A stretch of DNA of 64,000 bases from an uncultured Candidatus Saccharibacteria bacterium (GCA_964399075.1 CAYNPK010000002.1:20418-84417); one strand, 5' to 3'; shown: positions 16,889 through 25,584, counted from the first letter of the stretch. Made by a program: numbers and translations. Notes: generated by a model not told the origin, from the sequence alone.

Positions 16889-18199
16889 ATGAAATTATCG
16901 CGTTTTAATGTTTGGTCGCTTTGTGACCATGGTCTCATTATCTTTAACACTCTTACTTGCGCCTTGTCAGTTTTCGAAGGGGATTACATTGAAAAGGTGT
17001 TCCGGGCTCTCAAGAATGAGGACATTGACAGTATTCCAGGAGAATTTTTGCTGGCAATGTCTGAGGATGGTTATTTAGTTGAGGACGAACTCGATGAACT
17101 TGGATTTATCAGAGATGCTTGCTGTGAAAGACGGTCTAAAACGGACGAGTACTCCCTGTGTGTGATTCTTACAATGGATTGCAACTTGGATTGCGCCTAT
17201 TGCTTCCAGAAGCATTCCAAAGAAAATCTATCACAGGTTGAAGTTGCCAAGGTTTTGAACATGTTTCGAGGGATAGCAACCAAGGCAAAGAGGATTGAAG
17301 TTGACTGGTTTGGTGGCGAGCCACTTCGCTCGTTCAGTGTTCTGAAATCCATGAATGATCAGCTTATGGCTATTGCTCAAGCTTCGGGTGTAGATTATCA
17401 GCATTCAATTACTACTAATGGTTACTACCTAAGCCATAAAGTAATCACCTATCTAGCCAAAACTCCTCTCTCGATTCTCACGATCACTCTGGATGGTCCC
17501 GCAGAAACTCACGATCGTAGTCGGCCAACAAAAAGTGGTCAGCCAACATTCCTTAAGATTCTCGAGAATGTTCAGATGGCGATTAAGGCTGGTCTGAATA
17601 TTTCTATTCGGGTTAACATTACTACTCTGAATGTTGATCGGGTTCATGAGTTGTATGATGTCTTGGAGTCGCGTGGTCTCAAGAACAAAGTTGAGGTTAA
17701 TCTCCAGGCAGTGGTTTCTTCTGACGTTAGATCGTGTGAGGAATACTGTCTTTCTGGACACGACTTCGCTTGTCGATCAATGAGGATATACAAGTGGGCA
17801 GCACAAAAAGGATGGGTGGTTTTTCCTCCCACGGAAAAATTGAGGGCTTTGGGATTTTGTGTTGGAGAGTACCCGAATCGCTTCATCACTGATCTCCATG
17901 GGAACTTGTATCGATGTAGTCAAATGACGGACGACGAGATGGTCGGCGCCCTAGATGACGATGGCTCAATCATTCTTCGGGAGACGGAGAATGAACTTTG
18001 GATTAACAAAGATCCTCTCAAGTTTCCTGAATGTCAAGGATGCTCAATCTTACCCATTTGCATGGGCGGTTGTAATCTTAAGCGGCGCGCCGGCAAAAAG
18101 TCAGTAGACTACTGTCTCGACTGGAAACATGATTTACCCGGCTTGCTTGAGGTCTTAGTGCTGAATGAGAGAAATATCGCCCTCTCCCAGCTGGATTGA
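16889..18199 (+). CDS. Radical SAM/SPASM peptide maturase 4 with N-terminal RRE-like extension
   Basis: CNLDCAYC, WFGGEP, TTNG, TLDG; FC, GNLYRC, CQGCSILPICMGGC, YC. Confidence 0.92.
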   Translation: MKLSRFNVWSLCDHGLIIFNTLTCALSVFEGDYIEKVFRALKNEDIDSIPGEFLLAMSEDGYLVEDELDELGFIRDACCERRSKTDEYSLCVILTMDCNLDCAYCFQKHSKENLSQVEVAKVLNMFRGIATKAKRIEVDWFGGEPLRSFSVLKSMNDQLMAIAQASGVDYQHSITTNGYYLSHKVITYLAKTPLSILTITLDGPAETHDRSRPTKSGQPTFLKILENVQMAIKAGLNISIRVNITTLNVDRVHELYDVLESRGLKNKVEVNLQAVVSSDVRSCEEYCLSGHDFACRSMRIYKWAAQKGWVVFPPTEKLRALGFCVGEYPNRFITDLHGNLYRCSQMTDDEMVGALDDDGSIILRETENELWINKDPLKFPECQGCSILPICMGGCNLKRRAGKKSVDYCLDWKHDLPGLLEVLVLNERNIALSQLD

Positions 18200-18250
18200 A
18201 GAATGGTTGCTTTGTTGGTACTCTTAAGTGTTGGAAAGGAGGTGATGAAC

Positions 18251-18331
18251 ATGAAGCGCGTTAAAAAAGCACGGGCGACAAAAGTAGTTACGCCACGTGC
18301 GACGTTCTCATCCTGCTGCAGAAACAAGTGA
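18251..18331 (+). CDS. Putative RiPP precursor, 26 aa (MKRVKKARATKVVTPRATFSSCCRNK)
   Basis: Not in the ORF track. SD GAAAGGAGGTGA, 51 nt after the rSAM4 stop, terminator follows. Confidence 0.8.
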   Translation: MKRVKKARATKVVTPRATFSSCCRNK

Positions 18332-18346
18332 TTTTGCAGCGCAGCC

Positions 18347-18381
18347 AAGAGGCACAAGCTAGAAAGCTTGTGCCTCTTTTT
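18347..18381 (+). terminator. Intrinsic terminator after precursor 4
   Basis: AAGAGGCACAAGCT-agaa-AGCTTGTGCCTCTT followed by TTT. Confidence 0.85.
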
Positions 18382-18808
18382 CATGTTTCTCGTCTCTTCT
18401 TCCCAAGAACGCCGCTACGACATTGTCGACAAATTCTTCAAGTTTGTTTAAGTAAAGTTCGTGATTTTGTCCGAATTTTTTATGATTTTCCAATATTAAA
18501 TCCTCACTGAATTTGTCGTAGTCATTTATTAAAACATGGACTAATTCGTGAACTAAGGTATGTTCTTCGTCACACCAAGGATTCCACGTTAATTGTATGG
18601 TGGCGATTTTCTTTTGAGAATTAGCTTCGAAGCCGCCACTTTGTCGCCATCCATTTTCACGCCAAAAATCCACAATCTTGAGATCTAATTTCCAATCGGC
18701 CATGCCCATTTTCTCCTGCCACTTCCTGAGCAATTTTTCCAGTTCGGGCACAGCTAAACCCCTTTTCTTGTTTTCAAATCCGTAAAATATTTTACGATCT
18801 CCTTCCAT
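18359..18808 (-). CDS. Small HExxH metalloprotein
   Basis: TLVHELVH with downstream LEEFVD. Confidence 0.7.
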   Translation of the reverse strand: MEGDRKIFYGFENKKRGLAVPELEKLLRKWQEKMGMADWKLDLKIVDFWRENGWRQSGGFEANSQKKIATIQLTWNPWCDEEHTLVHELVHVLINDYDKFSEDLILENHKKFGQNHELYLNKLEEFVDNVVAAFLGRRDEKHEKEAQAF

Positions 18809-18855
18809 AAATTTAAGTATAACAACTAAGCAAATAATTATGCAACAATTATTCT

Positions 18856-18909
18856 CGAACTATCTTCCAGATGGCTAAAATTAGAAGAGGGGGTTATTGA
18901 ATTATATAA
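18856..18909. repeat. Fused remnants of the gene X promoter and SET promoter
   Basis: ATGGCTAAAATTAGAAG-AGGGGG-TTATTGAATTATATAA, same arrangement as 5302-5340. Confidence 0.85.
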
Positions 18910-19471
18910 TATTTCCGTTTCGTTGATAAAAAAAGCGATGTAGGTGCCAATATTTTAAATTGCCAGATTTGGTTTGACCGTAACCCTCTTCAGTGGATTT
19001 AAAATACAACTTTAATTTTATTTGACTTAACAAATCCTGAATTTCTTGGTAGTCAAAATTTATTAGAGCTCGCTCATCCTTAGTCCATTCATCATTAGGA
19101 CCAAGGAGGGAGAAAGCGAAAATTCCTTTGTCGATTAGGCCATCTGTTGCTTTCTGAATAATCTCAAGAATCTGTTCTCGCGTGCTTAAAAAAAATAGGG
19201 AGTTGTTGGTGATAATTACTTGATAGGTCCTAGGGTTGATAATGAAGTTTGTCATATCGTCCTCTTGAATTCTAATTGTTGGATTTGTTTTCGTCGCTCT
19301 TAGATTTGCCAAGGTGGCTGGATTTTTATCCACGGCGTCAACTTGGTAACCCAATTGTGCCAGTTGAAGCGAGTCTTCTCCATTACCACAACCTAAGTCA
19401 AGTATCTTGCCAGGCTCTCGATGGGGAATAATTTTGTCACTTATTAATTTGTGCAAAATAAAGCTGGGCAT
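18902..19471 (-). CDS. Class I SAM-dependent methyltransferase (TehB-like)
   Basis: ILDLGCGNG and VDAVD motifs. Confidence 0.85.
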   Translation of the reverse strand: MPSFILHKLISDKIIPHREPGKILDLGCGNGEDSLQLAQLGYQVDAVDKNPATLANLRATKTNPTIRIQEDDMTNFIINPRTYQVIITNNSLFFLSTREQILEIIQKATDGLIDKGIFAFSLLGPNDEWTKDERALINFDYQEIQDLLSQIKLKLYFKSTEEGYGQTKSGNLKYWHLHRFFYQRNGNII

Positions 19472-19494
19472 TTAATAATTTATTTTAACATATT

Positions 19495-20070
19495 CTATAA
19501 ATCGCTGAACCATTTAGCAAACTGAATCTCGGCATCACCCCAAATATCCAGAAATTTTTGATAATCCTCGTTTCTGATTTCACCCATAGATTTACCCCCT
19601 GGGTTGTGTGGATGATCTGGAATGAACAATCTGTCAATAAAACTGCCCTCATCAAGAGAAAGTGTTTCTGTGATATGGCCACCGCACTCACTCTCAAAGA
19701 TTTTTGGTTCACCTCCGGGCTCACAATATGCTAAAGAATTTTTTATCTTCGCTTTACGGTTTTTCAGTTTTTTTAATACGTTAAAAAACAGATCGGCTCC
19801 TACTTGTTTATCTACATAAAATACAAAAGGTCCTGGAAAACCTCCTAGTTCTTCTATGAAAAAGCCGGAATCCATTTTTATAACTGGCTGGTTCAATAAG
19901 TTGGCGCCATATTTTGCGGAATACGCAGCAACCTCGCTATTGTCCTCAGATTGTATCTCGGGAATCCATGGTTTTTGTATTTCTACATCAATATCATAAC
20001 CAGTTATGGCTTGTTCGAAGCTCTTCTTTTTCTTCTCATTTCCCGTTAGTAGAATTATTTTTTTTGTCAT
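19495..20070 (-). CDS. Ham1/RdgB-family non-canonical purine NTP pyrophosphatase
   Basis: TGNEKK, PEIQ, DSGFFIEELGGFPGP; lacks the usual C-terminal SHR motif. Confidence 0.8.
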   Translation of the reverse strand: MTKKIILLTGNEKKKKSFEQAITGYDIDVEIQKPWIPEIQSEDNSEVAAYSAKYGANLLNQPVIKMDSGFFIEELGGFPGPFVFYVDKQVGADLFFNVLKKLKNRKAKIKNSLAYCEPGGEPKIFESECGGHITETLSLDEGSFIDRLFIPDHPHNPGGKSMGEIRNEDYQKFLDIWGDAEIQFAKWFSDL

Positions 20071-20072
20071 AA

Positions 20073-20681
20073 TCAATAGGCGTTTAACATCGAGCTTAAT
20101 TTTTTTAAATGACCCGCTGAGCCATTAAATATCCAATCCGAATGTTTTGTGAGTCGATTGCATAGCTGATTAAATTTCTTAGCGTCTCCTATTAGCTTTA
20201 AATTATAATTTTTAATTACATCCAACAATTCAGCTTTATTTTTTTCTAAATTTTTTGCGTTAGACATTTTTTCTACCTCTACATAAGCGATTGACCCAGC
20301 TTTGACTAGTGTCAATGTGATATTATTTCCCAAATCAAAATTAAAATTTTCACGTTCGGTAACTTTTGAAGCAAGTCCAAGTAGCGAAAACGTTTTCGCT
20401 AGATCAACGAATCGCTCCTTTGTAATTTTTCGAGAATCTTCGACCCGATCGTGAGTGTGGAAATCTCCTCTTTTTATAACAATTTCGGCTTCATTGTTTG
20501 AGTTTATGCGAACTCTAATATCAACATTTACTTTGTTTATTTCTCCCAAAAACATAACCGACAATCTTTTTGTCTTGGATATTTGTTTATTTGTTTTATT
20601 TAAACCACTAAGTAGTTTTCTAAATTGAGTAGGAGTGACTTCTGCCCTCAATTCAAGTTCTATGTTGTTATTATTTGACAT
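20073..20681 (-). CDS. CYTH-domain protein
   Basis: IELELR, IRVR, VEVE. Confidence 0.75.
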   Translation of the reverse strand: MSNNNNIELELRAEVTPTQFRKLLSGLNKTNKQISKTKRLSVMFLGEINKVNVDIRVRINSNNEAEIVIKRGDFHTHDRVEDSRKITKERFVDLAKTFSLLGLASKVTERENFNFDLGNNITLTLVKAGSIAYVEVEKMSNAKNLEKNKAELLDVIKNYNLKLIGDAKKFNQLCNRLTKHSDWIFNGSAGHLKKLSSMLNAY

Positions 20682-20682
20682 G

Positions 20683-21606
20683 TTATAAATTTGAGAAAAA
20701 TAGATATTTGTTATACATATGCGAATAACTAATCGTTCTTTTTTGCTCCGGATTTTCTAATCGGTCGCAAAAGAAAGTGGCCGTATCCGATAGTGTAGCA
20801 AACTTGATCCATGAATATAAATTATCATCTTTGAAAATTTTATTTTTAGCAACAGAATTATAACCTTCAAGAAAGACATCAAACAGCTTAGTGTCTGGCT
20901 CTCTTGAGCCATCTGGGAATGACCACTCAACAACGCCAAGTGCCAAATCTTTAATGCTTGGACCGACGCAACTCCAATCAAAATCGATAACTCCACTTAT
21001 AATCAAGTCTGTTTGGAAAAAGACGTTACCAACTCGGTAATCATTATGAATCAGGCCACTGGGAACATTTTGACTTTTAGCAAAGGTTATACTTTCTTTA
21101 ACCTGATCGACAAACATTTTACCACCATTGAAATTCTCCACAAACAAATTCTCGTTCTTTAGCACGCGCTCCAACTCAACAAAAATATTTCTACTTCTAA
21201 CAGAAGAAGATTTAAATGCTTGTCCGATATTTGCAATATTTCCCAACGTAGCGCCCGCTGTATTTGCTTGTTCTATTGTTGGCAGATGATCTTTGTCTAT
21301 TTTGGCGTGATAACCATCTATATAATCAAACATAACCGCAACTTCGACATCTTCGCTAGATGCGTAAAAATTATCTTTTTTTGTTTTTATCCATTTTGGA
21401 ACAGGAAAACCGTTATCAGACAAATGTTGTATGGCCTCATATTCAAACCGAACATCTTGTATTTGCAACTTCTTGCTAAGACGCAAAATTTTCTTATCTT
21501 TAGCGCCGATAATATATACTTGGTTGTCTCCCGATTCGCGACCCAGTTCTCTTGGCTCGGTTTCCGCAATATCATACTGGGCTAGTATTTTTGTAAGCGT
21601 ATCCAT
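20683..21606 (-). CDS. APH/homoserine-kinase-II-like phosphotransferase
   Basis: IHNDYRVGNV and VIDFDW motifs. Confidence 0.85.
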   Translation of the reverse strand: MDTLTKILAQYDIAETEPRELGRESGDNQVYIIGAKDKKILRLSKKLQIQDVRFEYEAIQHLSDNGFPVPKWIKTKKDNFYASSEDVEVAVMFDYIDGYHAKIDKDHLPTIEQANTAGATLGNIANIGQAFKSSSVRSRNIFVELERVLKNENLFVENFNGGKMFVDQVKESITFAKSQNVPSGLIHNDYRVGNVFFQTDLIISGVIDFDWSCVGPSIKDLALGVVEWSFPDGSREPDTKLFDVFLEGYNSVAKNKIFKDDNLYSWIKFATLSDTATFFCDRLENPEQKRTISYSHMYNKYLFFSNL

Positions 21607-21713
21607 TTTATTCAACAAAAGAGGCCTTGAGTTTTGATTCTTTTTTATTCATATATATTCTGTTGTTTGCCTCATTATAACCCATAAAAAGGGGATGGTG
21701 TATAATTAAAGAT

Positions 21714-22148
21714 ATGAATGATTCTGCTGAAAATAAAACTCATTTAGTCCTAGTTAACGGAATAGTTTTTAATGGAGATAAAGTTTTACTATCTCAACGT
21801 AGTTGGGATGAGCCACATGAGCCGGGAAAGTGGACTATCCCCGGAGGGAAAGTCGAGAGAACGAAAGATGAAGAGTTTGATATTATTGAAAAAACGCTGA
21901 AAAGTGAGATTTTGGAAGAAACTGGCATAGAGATAGATGGTGAGATAAAACTAATTGCTAATAATACTTTTCTTAGATCCACTGGTCAGCATGTAATCGC
22001 TCTCGTGTTCAAATGTAGATACAAAAATGGCGAAGCAACGCCTCTGGAGGATACCATTGATTGCAAGTGGGCAACTTTAGAAGAAGTTAAAGAGATGGAG
22101 TTTTCTCCCAATGTTAAAGAATATATTTTGAGAGCTTATTCGGATTAA
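21714..22148 (+). CDS. NUDIX hydrolase
   Basis: WTIPGGKVE...SEILEETGI. Confidence 0.85.
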   Translation: MNDSAENKTHLVLVNGIVFNGDKVLLSQRSWDEPHEPGKWTIPGGKVERTKDEEFDIIEKTLKSEILEETGIEIDGEIKLIANNTFLRSTGQHVIALVFKCRYKNGEATPLEDTIDCKWATLEEVKEMEFSPNVKEYILRAYSD

Positions 22149-22164
22149 CTTTTTAATTTTAGCA

Positions 22165-22782
22165 ATGAGACCCAAAGTAAACATCAAATATAATCGATTT
22201 TTAGATCCGATTTTTATTTTTTATTGCCAAAATTCACCAGAAACCAAGAATCGTGGTTGGCACGAATGGAGCCCACCGTCTAAAGAAGTGCTAGAAAAAA
22301 GAATTGAAAATTATAGGAGTGAGTGGCAAAAAAATGAGACAAAAATTCTAAATGCCATGTGTAAGTCTCTTGGTTTAAATTTCAAGCGAAACATTATTGA
22401 CGTTCACATCGTAAGCGGAAACCAAAGGCAATTTAGCCATCCTTTAGTAATAAAAAGTGGCTTTTCACCAAGTGACTTTGTTGATGTTTTAACCCACGAA
22501 TTGATCCACATCCTGCTAACAGATAATACTGATAATATACCAACCCTAAAAAATTTATTTCCCACTTACTTCGCCGAAAGTTATCTAACCCTCAATCATA
22601 TTCTTGTTCAGGCGGTGTTAAAATATATTTATTTAGATATCTTAAACGAACCCAAAAAACTTAAGGCAAATATTGCCTCGTCAAAAAAACATAGCACACC
22701 TGATTATTCTAGAGCTTGGGAAATTGTGGAAAAAGAGGGATACCTAAATATAATCCATCAATTCAAAATTTCCTTGAAATAA
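22165..22782 (+). CDS. HExxH metalloprotein
   Basis: LTHELIH. Confidence 0.7.
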   Translation: MRPKVNIKYNRFLDPIFIFYCQNSPETKNRGWHEWSPPSKEVLEKRIENYRSEWQKNETKILNAMCKSLGLNFKRNIIDVHIVSGNQRQFSHPLVIKSGFSPSDFVDVLTHELIHILLTDNTDNIPTLKNLFPTYFAESYLTLNHILVQAVLKYIYLDILNEPKKLKANIASSKKHSTPDYSRAWEIVEKEGYLNIIHQFKISLK

Positions 22783-23362
22783 TTTCTGTAGGGGAAATTG
22801 CCTTCACTATACTGTCCGAAATTATGCCCAGAATCTATCTTGCTTGTGTAGGACATTAATTCATCATCAGACATTAATTTTATATTTAAATCATTTGATA
22901 CCTCTAGGATCTTTTTTTCGGCCACGTTTTTATTTTTAATAGAATTTAACATGATTTCTAGCTCCACGTGGAATCCCCAGGATTCAGTATATTTTAGGGC
23001 AATTTCTACTTCGTGGTATAAATAATTAGTTCTAAACTGGTATACGCGATGGATATCATTTGGTTTAAGTCGCTTAAAAAAATCTATGACCTTAGTTGTT
23101 TCATTAGGTAAAATGGTAAACTCTATTTCCTCGAAATGGCTCTGTACTCCAATTCTGCCTGGTTTTAATGAAACCTTTGCTTTGTTTGTATTTTGATTAT
23201 GGACAACCTTGATTACTTTATCGCTCCAGATAAAAAGGAAGTGTCTTTGCTGTCATCTCCAAGCAATTTAGCCTCATTCGATAGATATTTCTTTAATTCC
23301 AGAAATTTGTCCTCGGATATGCATGCCCTAAATTCAAGTTCAATGTTGTTATTATTTGACAT
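22758..23362 (-). pseudogene. CYTH-domain gene with a 1-nt homopolymer frameshift
   Basis: Starts MSNNNNIELEFRA. Adding one T at the run at 23232-23236 gives a continuous 201-aa ORF through FEEIEF and WGFHVELE to the stop at 22758. Confidence 0.8.
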
Positions 23363-23368
23363 ATTATT

Positions 23369-23956
23369 TTACCCCTGTTTTTCTTTAATCAAACTCAACA
23401 CATCTTTGAATTTACCACCTTTTTGATAAATATCCCAAATAATTTTTCTCCATTCTTGCTCTTTTTCGGAATCATGACCTTTGTCAAAGCTAAACATGCG
23501 AAAACTTTTATGATCGTTTAGAATCACGGGAATTGCTTCTTTGATGTCTCTGTCGAGTTCAACTGGTTGGAAATAGTGGCAAAGTTCGTGCATGATGACT
23601 CTCTGTCGTTCGACCGGATTTTTGAAAAACGGAGCTGTAAACCATTTCTCCGTTGTTCCTTCTGAAAAGTCATAAGGAAAAATATCAAGACGTGTTAGAA
23701 AGCAGGTTAAATCCGGTGTAGAGATTTCCATTTCATAAAATGATCCCAGATGTTGATAAAAGTTTTGTTCGGTCTTTTCCCAAGTCTTTTGAATGTGAGA
23801 AATGAGTTGTTTGGCCAAGCCATCTTGTTCTGGAAGAATTTGGATATTTCGAATTTCATCCGCAATCATTTTCACCACTTCAGGAGACTTCTTACCCTCG
23901 ACGTATTTATGAAAAATTGTTTCTTCAATTGTCTTGTCGTACTTGAATAGAATCAT
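23369..23956 (-). CDS. HExxH metalloprotein
   Basis: MHELCH with downstream IKEAIPV. Confidence 0.7.
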   Translation of the reverse strand: MILFKYDKTIEETIFHKYVEGKKSPEVVKMIADEIRNIQILPEQDGLAKQLISHIQKTWEKTEQNFYQHLGSFYEMEISTPDLTCFLTRLDIFPYDFSEGTTEKWFTAPFFKNPVERQRVIMHELCHYFQPVELDRDIKEAIPVILNDHKSFRMFSFDKGHDSEKEQEWRKIIWDIYQKGGKFKDVLSLIKEKQG

Positions 23957-24013
23957 TGTGTTTGTTGTGGATATTATAGACAAAAATATTGATTAGATTA
24001 CGGTTTGATTCTG

Positions 24014-24529
24014 CTACCCTTCATTTTGGTGTATTTTTTTGATCGTTTCGAAACTATTCAAGCCGAGATCCCAAGCATCTCGACCCTTGCGCCAGAGTTG
24101 CCAATCTTTGTAGGGGGTTTCGTCAGTAATTTCTCCTTTTATTGGAGCGGTTGATTTGCCGGAAACATCAAAAACATACCAGCCGTCACTAAGTTTTATT
24201 TCTGCCACCGAATGGACCATTTCCCCCTTTTTGATTTTAACAAAGCGAGTTTCTAGTTCCAGCGCCTGGCAAAAGGCTAAAAACAAAACCACTTGATCAG
24301 TACAAGCTTTCCCTTCATAAACAAAGCCATCTTGGAGAATTTGGGATGCGGTTCGTCTCCAGCGAATGGCCTTTTCATGCTCGCGGGTCGATTCGTTGTA
24401 GGGGCGGAGTTCAATTTTAAGATCTAGCCGTTCTTTGATTTGTTTAAGTTTATCTGGAGTGATCGGCTTTTTTATGTCCGCGATCAACTCCCTTATTTTA
24501 GCTGATGGCTCAAGTTGACTTTTATCCAT
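24014..24529 (-). CDS. Transglutaminase-like (Cys-His-Asp) protein
   Basis: ACTDQ, HSVAE, WYVFD. Confidence 0.75.
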   Translation of the reverse strand: MDKSQLEPSAKIRELIADIKKPITPDKLKQIKERLDLKIELRPYNESTREHEKAIRWRRTASQILQDGFVYEGKACTDQVVLFLAFCQALELETRFVKIKKGEMVHSVAEIKLSDGWYVFDVSGKSTAPIKGEITDETPYKDWQLWRKGRDAWDLGLNSFETIKKIHQNEG

Positions 24530-24583
24530 AAATTTATTACGGAGTTTATTAAAAATAAGAGAAGGGGGAAGTTTTTACCCAAA

Positions 24584-24925
24584 CTAATTCACCCCAGGAC
24601 CAACACAATCTTCTTCTGCTTCGTCGCAGATGATCTCCTCGCAAGAGATGACGCCGGTGGTGCACTCGGTTAGGCAGGAGTTATCTGAACATTGAGAGAA
24701 ATCTGATGCCGGCACTAAGAAGGTCTTGTAATGTTCCAATTCGTTGGGTGGACAGTCGCCACCGCTACAGTCTCGATAGAAGCAAGTTTCTGTTGCTGGA
24801 TTGCAAGGGGCTTCAACGAGGAAGTCGTAATCTTTGAGCCAGAGGAATTTATAAGCTGTCGCGATAATCACCAGAATGACTGATAGGGAAATAATCCACA
24901 GTAATATTTTGTCTATTTTATTCAC
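24584..24925 (-). CDS. Membrane-anchored Cys-rich protein
   Basis: N-terminal TM helix and 10 Cys in an acidic domain. Confidence 0.7.
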   Translation of the reverse strand: MNKIDKILLWIISLSVILVIIATAYKFLWLKDYDFLVEAPCNPATETCFYRDCSGGDCPPNELEHYKTFLVPASDFSQCSDNSCLTECTTGVISCEEIICDEAEEDCVGPGVN

Positions 24926-24962
24926 GTTTTAATTATACTATTTCTTGAGCTGAAGACAACCG

Positions 24963-25460
24963 TTAGCCGATAAGCCACTTGACGCCCTCAATCACTACCG
25001 CCCAGCCAGCAATCCAATACAGGTTGGAGACGACGGTGGCGGCAAAGAAGATGCGCCAATCTCGCCGGGACATGCCGTTATATTGATGAGCGCCATGCCG
25101 TAAGTATAGAGTGACGGTGATCGGGTCATCAATACAGAGGATAAAGAACGCTAAGATATCGCTCTTGCGGAGGACGTAGCCTAGGAGACGCTTCCACTTT
25201 CCCGCTTTTGGATCCTCGCGGAAACCTTTGAGAGTTTCGATTAGGAGCCAATCGGTCTTTGACCAGTCGTAGGCTCTGATAATTAAGACATTGAGGAATA
25301 CCGACAGGATAGTCATTGCCAGACCGCCCCAGATATTTCCTAGCCAAATCAGGACTGCTGGATAGAGCAAGAAGTCGAAGGGGTAGTTGATGAGATATCT
25401 CATGGCTAAACCGGTTCCGAAGATTACTCCGCCCTTAACTAATTTGTCAGCTTTATTCAC
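24963..25460 (-). CDS. Hypothetical membrane protein
   Basis: Several hydrophobic segments. Confidence 0.7.
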   Translation of the reverse strand: MNKADKLVKGGVIFGTGLAMRYLINYPFDFLLYPAVLIWLGNIWGGLAMTILSVFLNVLIIRAYDWSKTDWLLIETLKGFREDPKAGKWKRLLGYVLRKSDILAFFILCIDDPITVTLYLRHGAHQYNGMSRRDWRIFFAATVVSNLYWIAGWAVVIEGVKWLIG

Positions 25461-25584
25461 TTTAATATTTTACTATAGTTTCATTTATTTGACTAAATCA
25501 GTCTGATAGCGTATTGTCTTTAAGGCGTTACTGTAGTTCTTCGTCAGTTCTTAAGTTCTTACCACAGAAAGGAGGTAGGCGCTG

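Noticed and set aside
5258-18909. CRISPR array or classical integron attC array
   Set aside because: The repeats are irregular gene and promoter fragments kilobases apart; no cas or intI gene and no attC-type palindromes were seen.
21608-21652. Mini-ORF MNKKESKLKASFVE resembling the precursor 1 N-terminus (ESKLK)
   Set aside because: Only 14 codons, no SD and a short Lys-rich match; chance or a gene remnant.
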